The translations under genes and the position numbers were made by a program. Below, in pieces: positions 27,972 to 37,022 of a stretch of 64,000 nt of DNA. Source of the DNA: Actinomycetes bacterium (lineage in GTDB: Bacteria; Actinomycetota; Acidimicrobiia; Acidimicrobiales; JABEUL01); assembly GCA_021791915.1 (NCBI GenBank), contig JAJYVQ010000001.1, positions 9,875-73,874 on the forward strand, given 5' to 3'. A model generated the notes under the pieces. The model worked only from the letters and a program-made list of their open reading frames with translations, ran no database searches and was not told the origin of the DNA. Position 1 is the stretch's first letter; every line of letters begins with the position of its first letter.

Positions 27972-28853
27972 TTATTTGATAACTAAGGAAGGTTTGAGTC
28001 TGTCTAATCCAAGAGTTTCATATATAGCGATCCAATTATAATTTGGGCTGTATACAACGAAAGGACCAGGTCCTGCAGCGTTTAATTCAACCCTTGAAAC
28101 CGGTGAGCCGTTAATTATTTTGGGTTCTAAGTTGTCATTTACTTCGATCTGAGTTAAAAAAGCTAAACCTTCTTTGATCGATAAAATATCACCGAGAACC
28201 AAACTGTCTAGCTCTATAGCAACATCTATTGTAAATTCTCCTATAGCTGTTCTTACAATATCTTTGGCGTAAGCTCCTCCACCCAAGTACTCTCCTAACG
28301 CTTGCGCCAAAGCTCTCACATATGTTCCAGTTGAACACTTGATTTCAACTTTAAGTTCATTTTTGACTCTGTCTAATACGTCAAACTTATAAATATTAAC
28401 TTTTCTGACAGGCCTATCCACTTCTTTTGATTCTCTTTGATATTCATATAGTTTTTTACCTGCAACTTTTACAGCAGATACCATAGGAGGGATTTGATCT
28501 ATTTCTCCAGTTAACTTTAAAACCGCTTTTTCAATTTCTACATCAGTAACTAAGTCCATATCATACGTATCTGTGATATTGCCCGTATCGTCTAAAGTAT
28601 CTGTGGAAGTTCCCAGCAAAATAGTGCATTGGTAAGTTTTAGGCAATAAATTAAACAATCGTAATGTTCGTGTAGCCCTCCCTAGTGCTACTATCAATAC
28701 TCCAGTAGCAGAGGGATCTAAAGTACCAGCATGCCCGACTTTCCTTTGAACGAATATCCGTCGCACAGAATCAACTACGTCATGACTAGTCATGTTCGGC
28801 GCCTTATTTATTACGACAAAACCTGCTTCGGTACTTCCGATGTCAATTTTCAT
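27972..28853 (-). CDS. truB: tRNA pseudouridine(55) synthase
   Basis: 293 aa. The catalytic block GHAGTLDPSATGVL is present. Confidence 0.92.
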   Translation of the reverse strand: MKIDIGSTEAGFVVINKAPNMTSHDVVDSVRRIFVQRKVGHAGTLDPSATGVLIVALGRATRTLRLFNLLPKTYQCTILLGTSTDTLDDTGNITDTYDMDLVTDVEIEKAVLKLTGEIDQIPPMVSAVKVAGKKLYEYQRESKEVDRPVRKVNIYKFDVLDRVKNELKVEIKCSTGTYVRALAQALGEYLGGGAYAKDIVRTAIGEFTIDVAIELDSLVLGDILSIKEGLAFLTQIEVNDNLEPKIINGSPVSRVELNAAGPGPFVVYSPNYNWIAIYETLGLDRLKPSLVIK

Positions 28854-28857
28854 TTTA

Positions 28858-29229
28858 TTAGTGATTTTTGTCCGCTGACAACTTATTTAAGATTGCGTCA
28901 ATTCTTTCTGCATTGCTTATAGATGGGTCAGGCAAAAATGACAGAATTGGCGTAACTTTAATATGCACCTGACTGGCAATAATTTTTTGTAACTTAATCC
29001 TATTTTGTTGCAAAAATTCTAAGTCGGTATCCGTAAGAGATGAAAAGTAGACTTTGGCTTGTTTTAGATCTCCTGAAACTTCAACTCCTGTCACAGTTAA
29101 GATTTTATCTTCCTGTTCGATTTGCCTCATATCAAACATCGCTTCTGCAAGAACTCTTTGAATTAAAGAAGATACCCTAAATTTACGAGAAATGATACCG
29201 GGCTTTTGAGGTTTTTTACTCATAAACAA
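28858..29229 (-). CDS. rbfA: ribosome-binding factor A
   Basis: 123 aa. RVSSLIQRVLAEAM...VTGVEVSGDLKQAKVYFS follows the RbfA pattern, and the gene lies upstream of truB. Confidence 0.88.
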   Translation of the reverse strand: MFMSKKPQKPGIISRKFRVSSLIQRVLAEAMFDMRQIEQEDKILTVTGVEVSGDLKQAKVYFSSLTDTDLEFLQQNRIKLQKIIASQVHIKVTPILSFLPDPSISNAERIDAILNKLSADKNH

Positions 29230-29274
29230 TAAAAATTCTTAAACTACTGCCATCTCTTAACTAGCAAAATTATA

Positions 29275-30216
29275 TTACTGAATATAAGTCGCTACGTTGT
29301 AACTTTGAATGTTGGACGAGGAGTGAGTATCGACAAGATCATAAATAGTATTCCCATCTGAAGACAGCTCTAGACCAATACAGTCCAATGGAGCTGGTAG
29401 CGTATTGTATATCTCATCAGTTGAGGTATTCACTAAAGCAATATTGCAAAAATTGACAGAACACTTTAATACCAATAGCACGTTCTCATCATTGCTTAGC
29501 GCCAAATTTATACCTGGTTGCTGTAAGTTTATGTATGACTCAATTTGGCCAGAATTTAAGGAAATACTCTGCACGGTTTGGTTATTTTGCAATGCAAAAA
29601 ACGTTGACGGATCTCTGCCGTTTGAGATCGACAACGTACCGTCTGATACAGGAATAATTTTTGAAATATCTTTTGTTGCCATATTGATTACCGCAACCGA
29701 ACGCACAAGATTCGTTGTTAACAACACCAACAGGGATCCTGCCGAAGTTGTCGAAGAGATCATCTTCACTGGATCTGGCAATGGAAGAGTACCTTCAAAT
29801 GCACCTGTTAACCCGTTATAAAACTCTAACGCTCCGGTATTATTTGGCCCAGCAATTCCTATAATTACTTCAGCGATACCATCACTTGAAATTGCCACCG
29901 CATTTTTATTTACAGGAACAATATTTAGTTTTTTGCCGTCGGCCAATCCATATTCGGTTATGGACTTACTCGAAGAATTCCCCGAAAGCACCCACACCCC
30001 TCCGTTAAACAACGGCGGAGAAAGTGAAATCGTATCGAGAGGTACTGGCATCACCTGCACTGGATTCAATCTAATCGGAGGTAACGTGGTGGTTGCATTT
30101 GTACTATTGTTGCTGCTGCTACATCCACAAAGTAGTATCGCAATAAATGTCAACGTTGATAAGGTAAATAGAGAATTAAACTTGGTTCTAAATCTGGGCA
30201 TAGGATAGTGACTCAA
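29275..30216 (-). CDS. lipoprotein with beta-propeller-like repeats (divergent YVTN-type)
   Basis: 313 aa. Signal peptide ending AILLCGC (lipobox-like), then the linker SSSNNSTNATTTLPP, then repeated short beta-strand blades. Confidence 0.5.
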   Translation of the reverse strand: MSHYPMPRFRTKFNSLFTLSTLTFIAILLCGCSSSNNSTNATTTLPPIRLNPVQVMPVPLDTISLSPPLFNGGVWVLSGNSSSKSITEYGLADGKKLNIVPVNKNAVAISSDGIAEVIIGIAGPNNTGALEFYNGLTGAFEGTLPLPDPVKMISSTTSAGSLLVLLTTNLVRSVAVINMATKDISKIIPVSDGTLSISNGRDPSTFFALQNNQTVQSISLNSGQIESYINLQQPGINLALSNDENVLLVLKCSVNFCNIALVNTSTDEIYNTLPAPLDCIGLELSSDGNTIYDLVDTHSSSNIQSYNVATYIQ

Positions 30217-30711
30217 AGCTAAAGAGAGGTAAACTGAAAATATTTACTTAAATAATTGACAACACTAAATTATATCTTAGGCGTAAGAACATTTACTAAC
30301 ATTTCTAAACTTTTGAACACCTGGGGTTCTGGTTCCAGTAGTATAATTAACAAAATAGAAAAGATGTGTAACTTTGCTACAAGCCCTTTCGAATACACAG
30401 GTTATTGTAGGAAACGTGGCAAATCGGCAACAAAATAGGAGTATTTAAGATTAGATATACCCAAATGAGTGTCGAAACTATATTAAAATTACTCATAGTA
30501 AAACTTTCTTACTTTTATAATTATTCATAACACAGACAAAACCTTTACATCAAGACCGTTTTATTTTATTTAAAATGGTTATAGGCTATATCGGTAGAAA
30601 ATATTAACATTTCAGATTAGTTACTTTAATGCACAACAACGGAAATGAGTTGAGATACGAGTCACATAAAGTAAGGTCTCGAAATCGGCAACTAAAAGTC
30701 GCATCTGAACC

Positions 30712-33700
30712 ATGATTACGACGACAACCGAAATACCAGCATCGCACTTAAATAAGATAAATACTTACTTTAAGAAGAATGTTGTATCAGAAATTAAGTC
30801 ACTAGATAAACCTTTTAGTATTTGGCTCATTGTAGTTAGTTCACTTGCCTTTCTAACTAGAGTTTTATTTGTTTCCTTAGCCAAATGGCATCAATATGTG
30901 TGGAACGATGGCGGCTGGTATCATTGCACCGCTCAAGTTTTATTAAATACACATAAGTTCATTGAAGCTGTTCCAGTTATGAAACACGGTTTAGTAACGG
31001 CATGTATCGCACTCAACTATCCAACTGCTGCCCATCCTCCACTTTGGATCGTGGTTCTTTCAATATGTGATATTTTTTCTCTCAATACCCTAGGTTCCCA
31101 ACTTATTGTGAACTGTATAATCGGCACGCTGGCAGTTACGGTTCTCATGGTTACGGCAAAAAGAATAGCTGGGAAAAGAGTGGCTATAATCGCTGGAATA
31201 ATCGGTGCTCTATACCCAGGTATGTGGCTTGAAACAGGACAGCTTACCGCAGAGACCTTGGCCCTCTTGACTGCAAACTTATCACTTCTAGCCTTTTATA
31301 AGCTTATAGACAAACCCACTACAAAAAGTGCAGTTTTGTTGGGTTTATGGTGTGCGCTGGCAGCGTTAACGAGATCTGAACTTGCTCTAACAGGAATACT
31401 ATTTCCAGCAACAATTTATCTACATAAGGGTTTTCGCAAATTCAGCGCTAAGCACAGAATCAAATTAGCATTAGTGGTTATATTTTCAATGGGTTTGACT
31501 ATGGCTCCATGGTTAATTAGGAATAACCTGGAATTTAATCATTTCACGCTAACGTCGACTGAGTTGGGCTTTACACTTGATATGGCCAATTGTAACCAAA
31601 CTTATTTTGCTCCTCATCCAGGTTCAACTAATTTGGACAACCCAAGCTTTGAGGGTTATTGGACCCTGTCGTGTGCACTCAACAGACCACCCAACACCGG
31701 TGAAGGATATGATAATTCTTATTACACAACATCTGCAGAAAAATATATAAAAAATAACATATATCGATTCCCCACTGTAGCTGTTATTAGAGTCGGCAGA
31801 TTATGGCAACTTTTTGACCCATTGGGACAAGCGAGACTTGACTTTCTTTCAGAACAGTGGAATTTACCCGGCGATTGGGTAAAGATATTTTCTCTATATG
31901 CTATGACCCCTTTCATTTTAATCGGAGTATTTATACTTAGGAAAAAGCGGAAAATTGGTTTTCCGTTAGCAGTATATCCGATTATCGCCACTTTTTCAGT
32001 AGCGTTCATTACTGAGGACCCCAGATATAGAGTTATGTCGGAAGGAGCAATTTCAATAGTTGCGGCAATAGGTATATCTTTTATTTTGGATAAAATTCAA
32101 GAAAAGCGACAACTCCCACCTAAATGGCTAGACCTCAATCCAAATTATACTTGGAACAAAACTTTAGACAGCACTGATTTTGTTCCTAGTGAAACTCAAT
32201 TCGGTTCCTTTAGTAGCCTTTTAAAAAAGTTAAGCATAAAATCAACCACTGTTATAAAACCGAGTCGAAAAACTTATATTTTAAGTTTTTTGTCGTTAGT
32301 ATTTTTATTTGGTATTTTATCTATCTCCTTTCCGATGTTATCTGGACCGGATGAAGCAGCAGCCGTTATCCATGCAGCAGGAGCAGCACATGGACAGTTA
32401 ACAGGCAAGGCCATGCCAGATCCTGACCGTAATTACTCATTGTCTTATTCGCCCTTTGAGCTTATAAAACTACCTAATTCGTTTATTCAAGTCACAAGCT
32501 ATGCAAATTGTTTTGGGCTCTCAGGATCAGATGCTAGTTGCGCAAAATTTTACGGCAAGATAAAACCTGGATCTTCATATGTCGTTTCTTATCAAGGAAG
32601 GTATCCGCCTTGGTACTTCGCAGCAATTGGATCAGTGAGTTTATTTACTTCCAGAACCTTAATGATCTATTTAATGAGATTTCTAAGTTTAATTTTAAGT
32701 GCGCTTCTTGTTGCTTCTGCAATCCAAGCTATTCTAGAGAGAAAAAGGCTTCGAATATTCGGGCTCTTGGGACTAGTACTGGCGATTTCGCCTAGTTTTA
32801 TAACACTGCAAGCGGTAATCGGTCCTTCTGCGACAGAAAGTGCGGCAGGGTTATGCTTCTGGGCAGCATCATTAAGACTATTGACTGATCCATTTACTTC
32901 AGGAAAACGACAGATAATGCGAGTAGGGTTATCTCTTTCAATATTTGTTCTTTCGCGACCTGATTCACCGCTATGGGCAGGAATTTCTATTATTTTTATT
33001 TTACTCGGAGTTGCAAAAAAAGAGAATATTGTTTATCTAATCAAGCAATCTTATATGAAGCTTTGGATAGCCATAGGCTTCGTATCTACCTTAGTAACAT
33101 TAACTTGGGACAAACTTGAGCAAGCTACCAATGTTTTAGGGTACACTTACAAACCACCATTTAACTGGTTCTCAATTTTTCACTACACGATTGATACATC
33201 ACCCACTTATCTTGCCCAACAGGTATCTTCTTATGGTGAAAAACTTCCTGGAATATTGGTAATTGTTGATGCTGCGGTTATTCTAAGCTTTGTAATCATA
33301 ACGTTATTAACTTCAACTTTTAGAGCTAAATTTACGATATTGCTATTTTGTATTGTGATATGGCTGATTCCTGTAGTCTCATCAGCTCTTGTTTTCCCGA
33401 AAGCTGGATTTATTTGGCAAGGAAGGTACTCCCTATCGGTTAGTATCGGACTCCCCATCCTTTGCAGTTTTTTAATAGGCGAAAAACAAATTTCGCTACG
33501 GAAATTTCAGCTTCATTACAATACCATTAAATTACAGTATCCTCTCGTTGCCTTTATAATTATCGGTATAGTATATTTCCTCAGTTTTTTCTATATAAAT
33601 TACCAATTCATGGCTGGAACAACAACCCCGATATTAATAAAATATATACTAGATCCACCTTGGCAACCCCCCCTCACGTCTTTAGGATTCATAGTATTGT

Positions 33701-33864
33701 GTGCAATTTCTATAATTGTCTTTCTAAGATTAATCTATCGATTTGGGAAAAATACTCCAGACTCAATTAGAGCAAATACTGAATTTCTCGACAGTTACAA
33801 AAATAACTTAGATGCAAACACTAAAATAGATGGAACTAATCAAATTCCTGCTAAGTTACCCTAA
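30712..33864 (+). CDS. fused polytopic membrane protein: N-terminal PMT_2/ArnT-like GT-C glycosyltransferase module + C-terminal DUF2142-like membrane module
   Basis: 1050 aa. Residues ~30-470 are paralogous to the 489 aa protein at 35246..36715, sharing the blocks PPLW, YPGMWL, ALTRSEL and APWLIRNN. Residues ~520-1010 form a second helix bundle opening with PMLSGPDEAAAVIHAAG, which resembles the DUF2142 PDExxH loop as I recall it. Confidence 0.6.
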   Translation: MITTTTEIPASHLNKINTYFKKNVVSEIKSLDKPFSIWLIVVSSLAFLTRVLFVSLAKWHQYVWNDGGWYHCTAQVLLNTHKFIEAVPVMKHGLVTACIALNYPTAAHPPLWIVVLSICDIFSLNTLGSQLIVNCIIGTLAVTVLMVTAKRIAGKRVAIIAGIIGALYPGMWLETGQLTAETLALLTANLSLLAFYKLIDKPTTKSAVLLGLWCALAALTRSELALTGILFPATIYLHKGFRKFSAKHRIKLALVVIFSMGLTMAPWLIRNNLEFNHFTLTSTELGFTLDMANCNQTYFAPHPGSTNLDNPSFEGYWTLSCALNRPPNTGEGYDNSYYTTSAEKYIKNNIYRFPTVAVIRVGRLWQLFDPLGQARLDFLSEQWNLPGDWVKIFSLYAMTPFILIGVFILRKKRKIGFPLAVYPIIATFSVAFITEDPRYRVMSEGAISIVAAIGISFILDKIQEKRQLPPKWLDLNPNYTWNKTLDSTDFVPSETQFGSFSSLLKKLSIKSTTVIKPSRKTYILSFLSLVFLFGILSISFPMLSGPDEAAAVIHAAGAAHGQLTGKAMPDPDRNYSLSYSPFELIKLPNSFIQVTSYANCFGLSGSDASCAKFYGKIKPGSSYVVSYQGRYPPWYFAAIGSVSLFTSRTLMIYLMRFLSLILSALLVASAIQAILERKRLRIFGLLGLVLAISPSFITLQAVIGPSATESAAGLCFWAASLRLLTDPFTSGKRQIMRVGLSLSIFVLSRPDSPLWAGISIIFILLGVAKKENIVYLIKQSYMKLWIAIGFVSTLVTLTWDKLEQATNVLGYTYKPPFNWFSIFHYTIDTSPTYLAQQVSSYGEKLPGILVIVDAAVILSFVIITLLTSTFRAKFTILLFCIVIWLIPVVSSALVFPKAGFIWQGRYSLSVSIGLPILCSFLIGEKQISLRKFQLHYNTIKLQYPLVAFIIIGIVYFLSFFYINYQFMAGTTTPILIKYILDPPWQPPLTSLGFIVLCAISIIVFLRLIYRFGKNTPDSIRANTEFLDSYKNNLDANTKIDGTNQIPAKLP

Positions 33865-33915
33865 GTCATAAAATGCTCTTGGAATACAATAATTCCACCC
33901 TTTATGGATTCAGAT

Positions 33916-35043
33916 TTAACCGCTTCCATTATTCAAAGGAACTTCTGGGGGCAAATAAGCTAACGAAACCGGCGTGCCTACTATATATTGCGGAATACGT
34001 ATTACATTAGTTAACATGGATACATACCAACAAATACTAGTTTGCGTATTGATACCAAATACATTGTTTCCATATCTACCAGTAGTTATATCGGTCAATT
34101 GCTGATTTAAGCTAATCGTAGATGTGATTATGTTTTGGTCGGTATTTAGTTGAATAAGTTCAGGTGGATTTATTGTAGCGATATCAGCAATATTAGAATT
34201 TTGAGCAAGTGCAATTAAATTCGGGTGGCCACTCAACGGTAAAGTGGATACGACCCTCAGGGTAGTTAGATTTACAGTACTAATGGACTCTGATCCAAAA
34301 TTTGCAACATATAAATGCGAACCAGTAATTTTGCCAATCGCAGCTTGTATAGGATCCGTACCGACTTGAATAGGCGTTAGCTGAGAAATAGAAGTCGAAG
34401 TTAGCGAGATCGGTAAGATTTCGTTTAAACTGGACTCCGTTAAATATAGCATCGTACCTGAAGAATTTACATTCATTGAGGTAGGATCAGGACCTGCAGG
34501 AATCGTTCTGAAATATCGAGGCCCAACCAAATAATATTCAGTTATGGTATTATTTCCCTTGTTTAAGATAAACATTTTTGGCTGGGGTTGTCCAGGGGCA
34601 ATTGAGATCTGAATTGGATCTGGACCTGTTTTGAGGGACTTATAAGCCGTATATGAGAATAAGCTTATTAAACTAACAGTGTTTGACCCACTATTTGCGA
34701 CATACAATTGAAAACCTTCGGGGTCTATGACTATAGAAGAAGGGTCTTTACCTACCTTTATTTTTCCAGTTACCGCCAAACCGCTTTTCAAATTAACTTC
34801 CTCAACAGCATCATCGCTCTGTAAAACAACCCAGTCAAAACTTGGCTCTGAAGTCTGTATCTTAGTCGTTGTAACCGTGGTTGTACTTGGAGAAACTAAG
34901 GTAGCTGTGGGCGAACTATAATTTAGTCCGTTAATTGCAAATACCAGCATCGCAACGACGAATAAGACCACTGCTATTTTTATAATTATTGATATCTTAT
35001 CTTCGATATCATTTACAGCACTTTGTAAATAACCTTTTTTCAC
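33916..35043 (-). CDS. membrane-anchored YVTN-family beta-propeller repeat protein
   Basis: 375 aa. N-terminal signal-anchor IKIAVVLFVVAMLVFAI, then the linker SSPTATLVSPSTTTVTTTKIQTSEPS, then repeated blades such as KVGKDPSSIVIDPEGFQLYVANSGSNTVSLISL. Confidence 0.75.
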   Translation of the reverse strand: MKKGYLQSAVNDIEDKISIIIKIAVVLFVVAMLVFAINGLNYSSPTATLVSPSTTTVTTTKIQTSEPSFDWVVLQSDDAVEEVNLKSGLAVTGKIKVGKDPSSIVIDPEGFQLYVANSGSNTVSLISLFSYTAYKSLKTGPDPIQISIAPGQPQPKMFILNKGNNTITEYYLVGPRYFRTIPAGPDPTSMNVNSSGTMLYLTESSLNEILPISLTSTSISQLTPIQVGTDPIQAAIGKITGSHLYVANFGSESISTVNLTTLRVVSTLPLSGHPNLIALAQNSNIADIATINPPELIQLNTDQNIITSTISLNQQLTDITTGRYGNNVFGINTQTSICWYVSMLTNVIRIPQYIVGTPVSLAYLPPEVPLNNGSG

Positions 35044-35245
35044 TTTAATTGATTTGCAATATCATTAAATTAATACTTTTAAGTCACTTATTAACATTTT
35101 GATTCAATTGATCCTTTTCCCTGATAGTTGTTACTGTAAACTCATAATACTTGGTCTAAAATACCGTACCAACTAATGTTCACTACCCATCCCAGCTGAT
35201 ATCTCACTATCCTAAAAGTATTTTGACATAAATTCTTTTGCATCT

Positions 35246-36715
35246 TTAGGTCATTGCCTCAATTAAAAATTTTATTACAAGCCGCATAAAGTTCTTCCAT
35301 TTTTCTAAAAGGTTAGAGATAAAATTCCGTGTAAACAACCTAGTAAAACCAGAATTATAGAAATGGGTCAGAGAATATGCCGATAAAATACAAAATGCTT
35401 CTTCAGCTACAACTCTAAACCTACAATCATAAGAAAATAGAGCTACGGTAAACGATTCAAGTAACACCAAAGATAAAATCGGCCATATAAACTGCTTTTT
35501 TGTAAAAGCCAAATAAATTCCATACAGCGTCAGAGGGAAAAGAAAATAAAATACGATCATTTTTACGACATCCCAACTGTAGTTCCACTGTTCAAAATTG
35601 TAATCAAATCTCACTTCTCCCAACGGATCGAAAAGCTGATACATTCTACCGAGTCGAATAACCATCACCGCAGGCAACCTAACTAAATTATGGCTTACAT
35701 ACTTAAACGCATAATGCTCAGCACTTGCTGTACCTTGTGATTCATCTCCATTTACTATCGGATAGTTACAGTCTGCATAAGAACCTTCAGTAGAGGGACT
35801 ATTCAAGCTAAATGTAGCTCCAGGTGAAGCATAAAACACTTGGTTGCAATCCGTTATACCAAGAGTTAATCCCAAATCAGTGGAAGTCCAAGTAAAATCC
35901 TTGAACACAATATTATTTCGTATAACCCATGGTGCTATCATTAAAAGCATAATCATTACAGGGATAGAAGCAAATTTTAACTTTTTTCTAAAATTAAATT
36001 TAAAATGTTTTGAGACAAAAATTGGAATAACCAATAGAAATGCCAATAAAAATAGTTCAGATCTCGTAAGTGCAGACAAACCGCACATTATTCCAAGTAA
36101 AACGGCGGAAGAAATATTTTGTCGTTCATAAAATCGATAGGACATTATTACAGCACCAAGAGTAACTACTGTCGCCAAACTTTCAACGGTTAACATACCA
36201 CTAACTAACCACATTCCCGGATATAATGCCGCAATCACGCTAGATACTAAGCCAACTTTTCGCCCGAAAACTCTTTTGGCTACTAAGCCAATTAGCGGAA
36301 CAGCTAATCCATTAATTATACAATTAATTATAAGTTGCCAACCCAGAGTCGTAAAGCCAAGTTCATCAAAGAATGCAAGTACCATGGGCCAGAGCGGCGG
36401 TGCTTGAGCACTATAGCCTCCAAAATCAAGACAGGAAATCGAGGCCCCATGATTAGCTGTTGGAGTAGCCAACGATGGATACAGTTTACCTTGCGTCATT
36501 TCATAGGCAAAACAATGATATAATGCTCCGTTGTTCCAATCAATTGGATGCCAAGCTTCAAGTGAAACAAATGTAATTCGAACTACTAGGCCCAAAATAA
36601 AGATAGCGAAAAGTGCAATTCTGAACCTTTTCTGCTTTAAACGAATTACTTTTCGAGACTTGATCTGATTCAGCGGCCTTCTATTAGATTCGATTTTATT
36701 ACTTATATCAACCAT
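35246..36715 (-). CDS. PMT_2/ArnT-like GT-C family glycosyltransferase
   Basis: 489 aa with about 11 helices. An early extracytoplasmic loop carries Asp (WHPIDWNNGALYH). Blocks PPLWP, YPGMWL, ALTRSELF and APWVIRNN are present. Confidence 0.65.
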   Translation of the reverse strand: MVDISNKIESNRRPLNQIKSRKVIRLKQKRFRIALFAIFILGLVVRITFVSLEAWHPIDWNNGALYHCFAYEMTQGKLYPSLATPTANHGASISCLDFGGYSAQAPPLWPMVLAFFDELGFTTLGWQLIINCIINGLAVPLIGLVAKRVFGRKVGLVSSVIAALYPGMWLVSGMLTVESLATVVTLGAVIMSYRFYERQNISSAVLLGIMCGLSALTRSELFLLAFLLVIPIFVSKHFKFNFRKKLKFASIPVMIMLLMIAPWVIRNNIVFKDFTWTSTDLGLTLGITDCNQVFYASPGATFSLNSPSTEGSYADCNYPIVNGDESQGTASAEHYAFKYVSHNLVRLPAVMVIRLGRMYQLFDPLGEVRFDYNFEQWNYSWDVVKMIVFYFLFPLTLYGIYLAFTKKQFIWPILSLVLLESFTVALFSYDCRFRVVAEEAFCILSAYSLTHFYNSGFTRLFTRNFISNLLEKWKNFMRLVIKFLIEAMT

Positions 36716-37022
36716 TGACGTATGAAATAACTAAACTCAGCTGAATAACTTATCTTTTTCAAACATGACAATTAAATCTAAACTCATATAATCAACTTTA
36801 AATTCTGTTGCTACTACTCGAAATAAGCTTAATGATAATTCAACTAACTTGAAAATAAATTTACAGTTTACTTTTCGGATTAATAAAACCCTATAACCCA
36901 AATTACAAATCTTATCCTTCTATGATTGCACAACTGTATTTTGATAATTTTACTCAACGACTCATAGCCTTCTTCCACCTTTACATCGGTTAACCATTTC
37001 GCACCATTATTTATCCCAAACA

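Noticed and set aside
30256-30438. 60 aa ORF in the divergent spacer between the lipoprotein gene and the GT-C fusion gene
   Set aside because: It has a TTG-type start, no ribosome-binding site, no motifs, and lies in an AT-rich promoter region. It probably arose by chance.
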